Below are positions 51,573-63,950 of a stretch of 64,000 bases of DNA, one piece after another; the first letter of the stretch is position 1; each line of letters begins with the position of its first letter. Both the position numbers and the translations under genes were made by a program. Below the pieces are notes generated by a model. It was given only the letters and a program-made list of their open reading frames with translations, ran no database searches and had not been told where the DNA came from. Source of the stretch: Octopus vulgaris. Its lineage: Eukaryota. The stretch lies in the NCBI GenBank assembly GCA_951406725.2, contig OX597823.1, positions 19,096,001 through 19,160,000 on the forward strand. The letters run 5' to 3'.

Positions 51573-52652
51573 GATATACACTTGAGAAATCGGGAAACTG
51601 GCCCCTAGACTTCTTATGGAGTAATGTGGATTGACCATGAAGTCACAAGTAGACAAATCCTATCTATATCCCAGTGGGATATGCAAATGTGACAGCTAGA
51701 ATGGGGGGAGAGGGCAGCACCAGCACTCAGTTAGTACTTATTTTAGTGAAGTAGACTAGAGCTATATGAAAATGGTGAAGTAACTTGCTCAAGGACACAT
51801 GCAACCTGGTTTAGGAATGGAACTCACAACCTTTTTATCATGAGCTCAATACCCACTATCTATCACACAGTGATTTCACAAATCTTTAATTAAAACATTA
51901 CACAAGCAAACTACTTTTGTTCTGAGTTCAAATCCTTGATCTTCATTCTTTTTTACCATTTTTTTCCTTCCCATTTTTTTTTTTTTTTTGTTATTAATCC
52001 ATGAGAGTTTCTGTTTAGCAAAGCTGGCATTTAAACTGTCACTTCCTTAGTTGGGAAACAGTTTTTGTTCTTTGCTATGACATGTTCAAAGCTGTTTCAC
52101 TAATTATTTTGTATTTGTGTATATGTATTTATTTTATATATATTTTATATTCATTCAGTTTTAAAATAACGATTCTTTAATGTATAAACTATAGTTTTTC
52201 GCTGTAGCATTTTTTAATCTTTTTTCTTTTTTTTTTTTAAACATTTCCCCCTCCCGCTCTTTCCGTAAACCATTTGTGTGATGGCCCTTTGTAAATGTGA
52301 ACATTTATTCCCATTTGTATTGTTGTAGCCAATATAGAAATTCTCAAACTGCTAAATATCAGTGCACCCCACCCTCACCCCTTTCTTGAAACTTTTTCTT
52401 TTAATGAGAAGGCGGTCTGTGTCCCTATAATTAATTTTCCCTCACCATTGGGGTTGGATAAATTTAGAAGTTTAAAAATAGCAATTTGTCATTACACCCT
52501 CACAGCCTCACTCAGCACCTCTACCCCAACCTCTATTTGTGAGAAACATAGAGCTTGTGGATTTACTGCTAAAATGTGTGGCATGGGAGCTTCTATGCAA
52601 TTGCTCAACTTGCAGAAAACAGCAGTCAAATTTTCTTCAAATTCTATATTAA

Positions 52653-52873
52653 CCCTTTAGCAATTAAACCGGCCATATCCGGCCAAAAGTATTCTGCCTA
52701 TTTTATGCTGAAACTGGCCAGATCTGGTCTCTCATACCAGCCCTACAATATCGTTTTAAAAATTAACAGCTACCTCATCAAAATCTCATAGCACCAAGAT
52801 AATGCCTGATTAGTTCATGGCAATGTGGATAAAAAAGGATTAATTTGGGCAGAATAATGTGAACACTAAAGGG
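52653..52873. mobile_element. piggyBac-like MITE
   Basis: TTAA flanks. TIR ccctttag / ctaaaggg. Confidence 0.8.
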
Positions 52874-53439
52874 TTAAGGAAAGGATGCACTGGATAATGT
52901 AGTCCCAAATACTTGTAAATATGATGGAATGGTCATGGCTGGAATGTCTTGATGTTGTTTTTTTTTTATCAGGGTTGGCTTTTAAGGTTAAGCAATAACT
53001 TCTAAAGCACCTGACTGAAAAGCAAGAGTGGAATGGGTTAAAATAGTACACACACACACGGCTTTACTTGTTGGCTACCAAATCCATTCACAAGGCTTTG
53101 GTCAACTTAGGGCTGTAACAGACAGTTGCCCAAATTGTGGATGCAGTGGGATTGGACTCCAAACTGAGTGACTGTGAAGTGAACTTCCTAACTACACAAC
53201 CATACCCGTGCCTTCTGTTTCACTTTAATCTGTAGAACTTAGAAACTATCACTCCAAGTTCCTATTTGCAACACTCTTTTTCTTAATTAATTCTGTCTCA
53301 CTTGGAGGCCCAGCATTACACCCCAGTGTATCACTGATCAGTTATATATTCTGTCCAACATTTCTTTGCCTAACTGGATACAGAGAATTACACTCTATAA
53401 CAAAAAACTGGTTATCTTTAACCCCTTGCAGATGGTAAG

Positions 53440-53876
53440 AGGTACTGACTACATTGAAACATTGTGTGAGCAGTGTGATGTCTTGCTCTGTGCAGCACTT
53501 TGTTCTCAAATCTCCCAGCCAGGCATTCCAGCAGTAAACCTTTGGTACATTCCAGCAAGATTTCCTTCAGCGCTTTGGAATGTACATCAAGCTACTATGA
53601 ACGATTGTCCCAGAACCAACAACCTATGTGAAGGTTGGAACAAAAAATTTTTATCTTGTTGGCCACCAGCACCCATCTGTCTGGAAACTTATTTGAATGA
53701 TTCAGAAGGAAAAGGCTGTTGCGAATGCAGTGAGAGCAAGGGGACTCAGTTGGTGAACCACCAAGGAAGAAAACAAAGTATGTGTTAGACTAAAGAATTT
53801 ATGTAAAGACCACACAGAAGGAAGGAAAAACCTTGATCAAGTGTTATGTGGACTTGGTTACAACATAAGATTCTAG
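53440..53876 (+). pseudogene. MULE (Mutator-like) transposase C-terminal pseudogene fragment
   Basis: PARFPSALWNVHQATMNDCPRTNNLCEGWNKKF, then after frameshifts LVGHQHPSVWKLI and RLKNLCKDHTEGRKNLDQVLCGLGYNIRF*. The RTNNxxEGW catalytic-E motif is typical of MULEs. Confidence 0.85.
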
Positions 53877-53934
53877 TTATTAAATTCTGTTTTTGAAGGT
53901 TAATAAAAAACAGTGTTCTCATGTTTAAAACATG

Positions 53935-54150
53935 AGACAATTTCATCTCAATCGAAGGAGAGGGTTTTCTCCGTCCGGGTTGCGGATCCGTGGAATAAGC
54001 TGCCGGACGAGATAGTGAAGATGCTGACGACCGCTTGGTTCAAAGTCTCTCTTGACCAAAAATGGTCTGAACTCTTTGTATGACCACCCTCCCTGTACAT
54101 AACTCCCTGTCCCCCTACATGGCCTTGCTTTTTGAGCTAATAAAAATTGA
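53935..54150 (+). mobile_element. CR1-like LINE 3' end
   Basis: Translates FSVRVADPWNKLPDEIVKMLTTAWFKVSLDQKW (CR1 ORF2 terminal FS.RV...WN.LP...FK..LD), followed by a short 3' UTR with aataaa. Confidence 0.85.
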
Positions 54151-54558
54151 ATTGAAACACATTTGATTTTCATAAATTTTAAATGTATAAATCTGTATCA
54201 AGATATGGAGGTTACAACAGGTATATGATATATTATGAAAACAGATTTTATTCAAAACCAGTTTTTAAATTAGACATACTTTATTCTACTTCTTTTACTA
54301 ATAGTGTATCTCTCAATAAGCTTATTGTGCCATTTTTTACCTGCGTCACTATTACCATTCACCTGTGGTGGGATATAGAAGCGCAGTTTCTCTTTGTCTG
54401 AAGGAAAAAGTTGGTATGCTAAATCTTGGGCCCTCCTGTTACCGTTTCTGGTAATGCCTGGTAGCCACAAACTGAAGAAGCTTCAGTAGTAGTAGATTGA
54501 TCACATAATCATTGTGCAAACATGATTTCTGTTCATGTCTAGTTTATCTTGAATCTAA

Positions 54559-54954
54559 TCTTTATATATAAAAGTGAGGTTGTGGGCTGTCTGTCTCCTA
54601 CGATTTAGATTCCTAACTACTCCCACATTTTGCAGTGCAGTTTAACCAAAACCGGGTATCTTATAGTTGTGATTCATATCGAGCCCTTCTGGGTATTAGC
54701 GCGTCTACGATGAGTCTACGATTTAAAAAAAAATTTACCATCAATTTTCCCCATTTATAATGCATTTTTGTCATATATATATGGGAAGTAACTCTGAAAA
54801 ATTTATTATTAAATCTCAGAACGTAAAAAGCTACAGTAATACCCCCCCCTTTATGGTTAGCCATATTGAGATGGCTATTATACTTTACATCTCTAAAAAT
54901 GCTTATATAGTTATTTCCCTTACAAACCCGAGCAACGCCGGGCGATACTGCTAG
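54559..54954 (+). mobile_element. Non-autonomous Helitron
   Basis: TC start, cccgagcaacgccggg hairpin, CTAG end followed by T. Its internal segment differs from that of 813-1207. Confidence 0.85.
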
Positions 54955-55830
54955 TTTCAGATATAATTTGGTGAGAAATTAGAATTAAACCTTGTTTAGC
55001 ATGCGCACACACACACAAAACAATTTTTTTTATACCTGTCTGTTTGTTCACCTGTCATGTTTTAGTTGAAAAAAACCAAAAAAAAACCCCATTTCTCGAA
55101 TTTCTCACACTCTAAAAAACACTCTTTATTATATCTGCTCATTTTATCTGTGTTTAAAAAGTAAACTTGTATATTTTTGTCATACAATTGTTTGGTTAAA
55201 CCAAAGATAAATTTGATTCAGCTTATTTCAGTTGTTAGAAAAAAATATTTTATTCAACACTGGGGTACTGTTGTTCATATAGATTTTATAGAGGGTGGGG
55301 AGTATCACTCAAGTAATGAGGTGTGGTATTTGCTATTGAAGTATTGGGTAGTGTAGTGGTGGTGGTGGTGGCTCTTCAAGTATGGGATACAAATGAGGTA
55401 AGATATAAAGTATTGTTACTTGTCCTGAGGTAATGAAGTGTGTGTTGTGTGTGTAATAAGCATTATGTTAATGTGTATATGATGGTGTGTGTGTGTGTTT
55501 AATAGTCTGTTGGTTTACCACTATAAAGGCTTCAGCTTCACACAGCGTGTGAAATGAGTGTACCTGAATTCTGACAGTTTTAATCCTTCTCTAGATTGCC
55601 AGCAACAACCATAAAATACCAGGTTCGAATTTAATTGCTACCCATAAGTTAATTGAAATGGTTGAAATTTGGAATCATAACTAATGGTGGTTAATTAAAT
55701 GATATTCCTTCCTTGATACTTTTGTTGTTTGTCTAAATTTGAAATTTTCAATAACAAAAAAAAAAACAAAAAAACAATTAGCAATCAGATTCATGTTTGA
55801 ATCTGCCAGAATGTATAAAGAATGACTAGA

Positions 55831-56243
55831 GGATCTTTTCGGTTTGAATGGCAGTTTTTAACATAATTTCTAGGTAACTAAAAAATTTTAAACTTCGTAT
55901 ACTGGTAGAATGTGTTTATAAAACATCTTTTTCTCTTGGCTTTATTGAGAAAATTCTATAGTTTGTAAGATATTTGTTGTTCTTTTTCTGCAATTTCAAC
56001 CAATCAAATACGTCTATTGAGGTAAAAAAAACATTCTGTGCCGTATGAATATGTCCCTCGTTTAAGAAACAGATTGGGTTTATTTACATTTGTGAAGAAA
56101 AAGAGATACCCTTCCCTCTACCCCTAACTCTAACTAACCCTAAAACAGATTGAAATGCAATAGATTGATACTAGGGTCATAATTATGGGTGACAATTTCA
56201 TATGACACCGTTAGAAAAACTGCCGTTCAAACCGAAAAGATCT
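55831..56243 (+). mobile_element. GGATC MITE, full length
   Basis: TIRs present. Imperfect TSD tgactaga / tggataga. Confidence 0.85.
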
Positions 56244-56896
56244 TGGATAGATACCTTGGGTTCTTGCTGGGAATTATTAGAAATTTTCATTTAAATTCTT
56301 TCAAAACATTAATTGATGGAACTTGTATATATTCCCATTCTCTTACATGTAGCATCTTCTGGTTGTTTTCTTTCTCTCTTTTTTTTTGCTGTTAACAGTT
56401 CATTATAGATAGTGCTGAAAGGAAAAGGTTAGTTTATGTTCTTTTGACAAAAAATAAATAAAATAAAAATAGATATATAAAAAGTACAAAAGAAAAAATT
56501 AAAGTTAATCTCAAGGAAATCTCTTGAGATCTAATCCAGGTTGAATTATTTTTTGATGTCTGTCATTTTTATTTAGGTTATGGATCTGTCTGGGTGTAGT
56601 TTCTGTAAGATAACAACACTGACTGATAAAATGGTTTAGGTGTTACATATTTTTTCTCTTCTGTTCTTAATTCTATTTATGTCTTCAGTGCTTCACAATT
56701 ACCACTTATGGCTTGCTAGAAAATTCCCTCTGTGTCTTATTCAACATAAAACGAAGGATAGTTGCTTTAGTTAATTTATTCTCAATTACTAGATTGGTTT
56801 CTTTTTTTGAAAAACTTATTTGACTCTAGTATTTGGTCAATTTATTGTAACATTTACATGGTTATCCTTTATCTTGTCTCAAGCACTAGGTCAGTT

Positions 56897-57071
56897 GGAT
56901 CTTTTCCTTTTGAACGGCAGTTTTCAACACAATTTCTAGTTAGTTAAACACTTGTAAACTTCGTATACTGGTAGAATGTGTCAAAATAAAACATTTTTTT
57001 CTCTTGGCTTTCTTGAGAAAATTGTAATTTGTAAGTTTAACGTAGTTTAATTTTTCGAATTTTAACCAATC
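56897..57071 (+). mobile_element. Single arm of the foldback GGATC MITE
   Basis: Matches 49163-49330. Confidence 0.8.
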
Positions 57072-57369
57072 CTATGGGCAGCCACTACTACTGAATTTAC
57101 TCATCAAATAGGTAAAGTGACTTGCCTCTACCAGTTTCTGTCCTTTGATGATGCTTGACTTATTTTATGCCACTGAGCTCACATCAGGGGCTTGGTTGAT
57201 AGAGAACTTCTGTGTCCCTGATTTTAATATTCATAATGAACTTCATGACTGCATTGCCTAAAACTTCTGCTAAGTGCTACATGCTCTCTGCACTAGAGGA
57301 GACCAGGGCAAAGGCATGATTGTCCTTTCTCTCACACACTTTCAGCTTTGAAGCATCAAGTGTTGTGCT

Positions 57370-57417
<48 letters not shown>

Positions 57418-57460
57418 GCAGGCATGATGGGGGAGAATGTTAGTAGTAATTTAGCTGGCG

Positions 57461-57523
57461 GACTTTGGCTGATGAGAAATCAGGCACCTATTTGCCGCTA
57501 AATTTCGAAACCGGTACCAGGTT
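57461..57523 (+). ncRNA. Minimal type I hammerhead ribozyme with palindromic stem III
   Basis: Stem I gactttgg/ccaggtt; CTGATGA at 57469-57475; stem II gaaat...atttc with inner ggca/tgcc; GAA; palindrome ACCGGT; GTA triplet with predicted cleavage after 57516. Confidence 0.8.
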
Positions 57524-57761
57524 GACTAGCATTTACTTGTTCTGATCCATTTGAGGCAAGACATTATTATTGTTCACTGATATTTTTTCCTATCTTGTCA
57601 GTAATAGATTTGTGACTATTCGGTGGTACAGAAGTATTTTTTCACTTCTATCATTAGTGATATAGGTACATATCTAATATTGTATGTATATATTTTATTA
57701 ATTTGCCTGTACGGCTGATGATTCGCTTACCACTTGTGATGGTATTTTAATAATACCATCC

Positions 57762-57804
<43 letters not shown>

Positions 57805-58177
57805 CATGCACACACATGCATATACCTACCTTCAGTTAAGTTGTGAAATATTTACCTTAAACATGCTATTATTTAGAGACACAGGTGAACTTCAAGTGAC
57901 CAATCATAAGCCCAACACTTCAGTGTTCAATGCCTTTGTAAAATCAATAAAGACCACATTTCACTTGGATTTCACGGACAGAGCACCACATCCTCGGAAC
58001 TTTTATACCTTCTGAATTCACAGTTTCAAGTAGAACCCCTGGGATTTTCTTGCTCAGTCTATTTAACAGCAAACTACAACAGCTTTCTTTCCCCGTTTAT
58101 GTGGCCTTGCAACTTCCTGAGAAAACTTGACATTTCTTTCTATACAGCACTATAGATATCACAGAGAATACCCTTAA

Positions 58178-58545
58178 CCCTTTTGTGTTCAGATTACTGT
58201 CAGTTGTAATGATTATTTATTCACATTGTTTTGAATTAATCCTGGATTATCTCATAGCTTTGAGATTTTGATGATGTGACTGCTTATCTTTAGATTGATA
58301 TTCTAGGGTAGGAGAGAGAGAGGTCAGATCTGGTTGATTTGAACATGAAGCAGGTAGAAAATTTGGGCTTGATACACCCTTTAGCATTTAGCTTATTCTG
58401 TCAAATGTATTGCTTATTTATTCATATTGCTTTGACTTAATCATGCATTATCCCTAGAATGACATTGTAGGATAAGTGTAAGAGACCAATCTGGTCAATT
58501 TGAACATAAAACATGAGTATTTGGGGCAGTTTAACTGTTAAAGTA
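58178..58545. mobile_element. Two tandem piggyBac-like MITE copies
   Basis: ttaacccttttgtgttcagattactg... then a second start ccctttagcattt at 58377. Confidence 0.65.
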
Positions 58546-59143
58546 TTAAACCTATCTGCTTAGTGGAAACGACCTTTGTGTGAAGAGCTAACACCCTCCC
58601 TCTTCATTAGTGTCAGACCAGAGATATGTAAACCTGTACATGGTCAAATCATTGGTTATTAAACCAGCAACCTGACCAAATTTGTTTGATAAGAATGCTG
58701 ATTATTAAAGACCCAGTAGGGCAAAAACAAAAAAGCTTGCCTTTTTGGCTGATGAATATAGTCAATTGCTAGCAGGTGTCACACTGTAGATGTCTTACAG
58801 CCAGTTACTGTAGTAACTATAGGATCAGTATTGCTTGACCTGTCCTTGTTTGCTGTGTTTACTTCAATGCACTGAAAAAGTGCTGTTAGAAACTGCAACA
58901 GCCTTTGTCACTTACACCCTCTGCAAACAGTCCTATGTAATAATATCATGTCACCAGCATATCGGATAAATAGCTGCTTGGGTTACAAAAGCTCATGCTG
59001 AGCAGCGATGGAAAATTTACAAGGATACAAAAAAGAAATGCAACCTTGTCTCTGGTCCAGTGGAGTACATAATATAAATTTGTTTGGGGTGTATAGTTGT
59101 AAAATTGTGTGTGTGTGTGTGTGCATACACGTTTGTTCCTTCT

Positions 59144-59407
59144 TTAGCTATGCCTGGCTCATAGGGCCAGTTTCCTGGTTTCCTTGGCATATAAGTTCCC
59201 CACCTGGACGGGACACCGGTCTGCCGCAGGTGAGCTGCAAGATGCAGGAGGAAAGAGTGAGAGAAAGTTTGCCATGAGCTTCTGCTGGAGCCGTGTGGAG
59301 CTTGGGTGTTTCGCTCATAAACACACACATGGCCCGGTCTGAGATTCAAACCCGCAATCCCTCGACCGCAAGTCCGCTGCTCTAACCACTAGGACATGTG
59401 CCTCCAC
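59144..59407 (-). mobile_element. SINE family B subfamily
   Basis: Minus-strand head gtggaggcacatgtcctagtggttagagcagcggacttgcggtcg. 3' part shared with the 60134 copy. Confidence 0.75.
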
Positions 59408-60133
59408 GTATATACACACATACACACTCATAAATGTGTATTTATGAGAGAAAGAGATCTTTTCTCTTTGTTTTTGTAGCATTTCCCAATCTTGGATACT
59501 TTAATGCACTAACAACAGTTACATATGTTAGGCTTAGCGATGCTTTGATGTCTACCAAATTTTAACACATTCGAAACCTGATAGCCCACATAGAATCCTC
59601 AACAGTTCTTGAGAATCTCCATGTGTGGCTGTGCCATTCTGTATATGGCATGCCTGTGTGCACTGACTTCTAAAGCATGTTGTCAGCATGTTTGTACTAA
59701 AACATGTTCTTCAAACACTGAAACTTTATATATATTCATTCATGTCAATAGTACATCTTCACACAGTTTCTTATTCCTTGTATATTCAGTGACTTAACTG
59801 TTCACTTACTATATCTGGCACAACCTAATTTCAATTAACCTAATTATGTTCATATTTTTAACAAGAATACACTATTTGTTCTAAGAGTATTGTAAATAGC
59901 TTTACTTTATTTGGTGAGCAATGGTGTTGTTAGTGAAAGGTTTCCAACCAGTAAATCACTGGTGGCAGTGAAAAGAGATTGTCTGAATGTCTATGTAACC
60001 AAGGTAGAACAAAATACCACAAGGTATTTTGAAGCAGGGTGAGCCACATTGCCAACCTCAACCTACCATTATGATCATTATATAAATGAATCATGGTCTT
60101 AAGTTTTTCTTTCATGTTTCTATTGGTTAAACG

Positions 60134-60385
60134 TGGAGGCGCGTGGCTTAGTGGTGAGGGTGTCAGCATCATGATCGTAAGATTGTGGTTTCGATTCCTG
60201 GACCGGGCGACGCATTGTGTTCTTGAGCAAAACACTTCATTTCACGTTGCTCCAGTCCACTCAGCTGGCAAAAATGAGTAACGCTGCGATGGACTGGCGT
60301 CCCGTCCAGCTGGCGAGCACATACGCCATTGAAACCAGGAAACAGAGCCCATGAGTTTGACTAGGCTTTAAAAAGGGCACATTTA
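60134..60385 (+). mobile_element. SINE family B subfamily
   Basis: ggaggcgcgtggcttagtggt...gtttcgattcc...ttgagcaaaacacttcatttcacgttgctccagtccactcagctgg. Confidence 0.8.
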
Positions 60386-61910
60386 TTTTATTATTGGTTA
60401 AATAGGTCTGCAGTATAATCATTTTGTTTGACATTTTTGGTTTTTTGTATTCACTCTTGATGTCAATTTTTTTATAAGTTTCCTTATTCATTTTTATAAG
60501 CTTCCTTTACTCATTTTGATTTTAACCAATATATCCATTTCTATTGGTTGTTCTATGGAAGTGGCCAAATTTGTAAATCTCTTTCGAAAATGACTGCTTT
60601 CTCCCCACAAAGTGACATAAGATTTTTGGACTGTTAACCTCATCTTTAGAGATAAAACTTATTTTAATGCTCATCACCCGGTGTCATATTTCTAGATATA
60701 AACCAGAATGGATTTGAATTAGGAATCTTTGTAAACTAAAGCTAATGATATACTTACCCATCCTTAAAACCACACTTGATTTAAATTTTTTATTTGTTTG
60801 TCATCGGGCTATGGCCATGCTGGTGCACCATCTTAAAGAGTTTAGTCAAACAAATACATCACTCACACATATACACACAGTGAACTTCTCAGCCATTTAG
60901 CCCTCCTCAGAATAACAAAGCTGATGATCATGAAAATATAGAGAAAATATTTAAAAAATTACAAAAATGTTCCTCCTCTAAAAATGGGGTTTATGGTCTG
61001 AGACAAACCAAAATTGTAACTGATTTCAGACTAAAATGAAACCATTATCCAACTTTTATAAAGTTGTGTTTACTTGAGTGCAAAAAAAAAAAAAAAAAGA
61101 TAAAGTATATAACTATATAACTGATAATGTAGGTACCAAAAATGTTTGGTAGTCACGGTGTACTCAGCTATTAAGCACCCCCCACCGCGCCTTCTAATTT
61201 TTGGCTTGACGTTTTTGTATTAAATTTCTCTACATTATTATGCTTGACTAAATTTATATAGCTGTAATATGTATGAAGTTATCAAGAAATGGTGATGCTG
61301 CCTGCCATACAGGAAACAAAAAATGTTCTGAAATATTTGTGAAGTTAAAATTAATTATAGTTTGGTGACCAAAGTGTGAAAGTGGTGTAAGACTGTTAAC
61401 CTCTGTTCCTGGCACATGGTATTAAAAATAAGTACCGTCTTAAGTTGTCTTGTGCCATTGTAAAATTCAGACAAGTTTGCTATTTCAGCAGAAGCAGTAG
61501 CAACGCCAGTAGTATTAGTATTAGTAACTATAGTGGCAGGCAGTGTAAACAGCAGTCAGATGTTTTGTGTTTACACTATCCAACTAATCTCCAGGAGGTA
61601 CCAATCTCGCATTAATAATTATAATATAGGCACATATATACGTGTGTGTGTGTGTGTGTGTACTATAGGATACACAGACACACACACACATATACTTAGA
61701 CATGGTAACATTACATAAAAATGTATTATGCATATTTTGTGTATTTATTTTGATATATACCATTCAAACGATTATTGCTGTGTAATGTTTTTGTGTTGCT
61801 CATGTGGGAAATAAATTACATCATTTTGATGAAGAAAAAGAGAAAGAACAGCCAAGGCTAGATTGCCTTTGGTCGTAGATGCGGCTTGATCAAACTTGAT
61901 CTAGGATTAA

Positions 61911-62130
61911 CCCTTTAGTGTTTAAACCGGCCATATCCGGCTAAAATATTCTACCTATTTTATGTTCAAACTAGTCAGATATAGTCATTCATAGCTATCT
62001 TATTGTGTCATTTTAAAAATGAAGAATCACATCATTGAAATCTCAAAGCCATGAAATGATACAAGATTAATTTTACATGGTGTGAATACATAAGCTTTAC
62101 ATTTTACAGAATAACCTGATTGCTAAAGGG
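61911..62130. mobile_element. piggyBac-like MITE
   Basis: TTAA flanks. TIR ccctttag / ctaaaggg. Confidence 0.8.
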
Positions 62131-63112
62131 TTAAACAATAAAGAAGGGGGCTGTGTGTATGTGTGTGTAAACCTTTTGTCTTGTGTGTGCTTTACACTTA
62201 TGCACACACATTTACACACACTCGCACATACATGAGCCACTGTTTTGATGCTCAGCTACAGATATGCTCTCTCCTGTACACACACACATCAGTTCAGTTT
62301 GTTTTTATAATCAGTGTTGCATTGAAACAACCATAATGAATATTATTATTGTTAATGAACCGAGCCCAAGCTTAAATGATTTCTCATATTGCTTTAAGCT
62401 TCCAAGAAAGGCATGAATATCCCATATTCCTTATTAGAGATCTGAAATTAACGAGCCTTATAACCGAGAGTAAGGGTTGGGAGAAACAAAATGGTAACAC
62501 CCCTCCACTCACCGATAGCAGATGCAGATATTGTAGAGAAATTTGGTTATGTGTAGGAGTAAGAATATGTAATACTGGTTCCAGCTGTTAATGAGAGAGA
62601 GGAGGAGATGGAAGTGGTAGTGTCTAACTGGCATCTGAAGTGTGTCTCAATGAGAAAACTTACGCACCAACTGCATCACCTACTGTAGTATGTAACCACC
62701 TCATACACACACTGTACTGCTAAGTAGAATTTTTCACAATTAGTAACATTTGGTTTCAGTTTAGAAGCAAAGCAGTCCTGTCTCCGCCACCAGACCTACC
62801 AGGAGGGAGATTCATTGAGAAATTTATGCAAAGCCATTCTGAATTCTGGTTCTGGGAAAGTCAGAAACGGAAGCAGTATTTGGAAGTGCCGTACGTAATG
62901 TTTAAGTGTTGTTGATGACCCAAGTCTGTGTCAGTGAGTGGAGGAAACGTATCTACTCAAAACCATATACAGGCATACCTCATCTTCGTCTTTTTCAACT
63001 TGATCATTTTGTCGAGAAAGTAATGGAAAAAATGAATAAATAAATAAAAATAAATCTCAATTTCTGTTGATTTATCAGACTTTACATCAGTCTTGGTGAA
63101 CATATTTAAAAG

Positions 63113-63356
63113 CAGGGCTGTGGAGTCAAAACAAAAAAAAACTCCGACTCTGACTCCTGTACTGTTGGCACCTCCAACTCTGACTCCTCTTTATGTAATT
63201 GATTGTGGTCTACATAACTCATAAAGCATATGCATACGCTTGTTCTTTGAGTCGGCCTATCTGTTGTAACTAGTTTATGTTAAAGAATAAAGATATTGTG
63301 AGTCGGAATCAGTTGGTATAGTTTTACCGACTCCGAGTCCAGCTTCCCCAGCTCTG
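63113..63356. mobile_element. hAT-like MITE
   Basis: Ends cagggctgtgga / ttccccagctctg. 8-bp TSD tttaaaag / ttaaaaag. Subterminal gactcc/ggagtc repeats. Confidence 0.7.
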
Positions 63357-63564
63357 TTAAAAAGTATGAAAAATTTTTTAAAATAAAACATTTAAAAGCC
63401 AATACTGAACTGGAAAAATCAAATAAAATATGTGTGAAAATATGTGCAAACCATTTATTAAAGCAAATATAAGTCAACAAAGATTTTAGAATGTTTTCTT
63501 ATTGTTTTTTGAGTAAAGTTGCTTTGCTTGGAATGTATACCTGTGGAGCAGTGGTTCTTAACCA

Positions 63565-63950
63565 GGGTCCACGAATGGGATCCACACAAACCTTGGGTCC
63601 ATGAATGGGGTCCGCACGAACCTTGGGTCTACGAATGGGGTCCACACGGATATTGAGTCCGCGAATGGGGTCCACACGAACCTTGGGTTCGCGAATGGGG
63701 TCCACACGGATATTGAGTCCGCGAATGGGGTCCACACGAATATTGAGTCCGCGAATGGGGTCCACACGAATATTGAGTCCGCGAATGGGGTCCACACGAA
63801 TATTGAGTCCGCGAATGGGGTCCACATGAATATTGAGTCCACGAATGGTGTCCACATGAACCTTGGGTCTGCGAATGGGGTCAGCACAAACCTTGGGTCT
63901 ACGAATGGGGCCCACCCGAACCTTGGGTCCGCGAATGGGACCCACATGAA
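63565..63950 (+). repeat. 30-bp minisatellite, about 13 copies, inside a hAT-like terminus
   Basis: Unit gcgaatggggtccacacgaatattgagtcc with a ccttggg variant. Preceded by cagtggttcttaacc at 63549. Confidence 0.9.

Noticed and set aside
62376-62900. DSRCRYC motif and an acceptor-preceded open stretch at about 62760-62890
   Set aside because: Could be a decayed retroelement zinc knuckle or an exon, but no family is recognisable and two frames are equally open.
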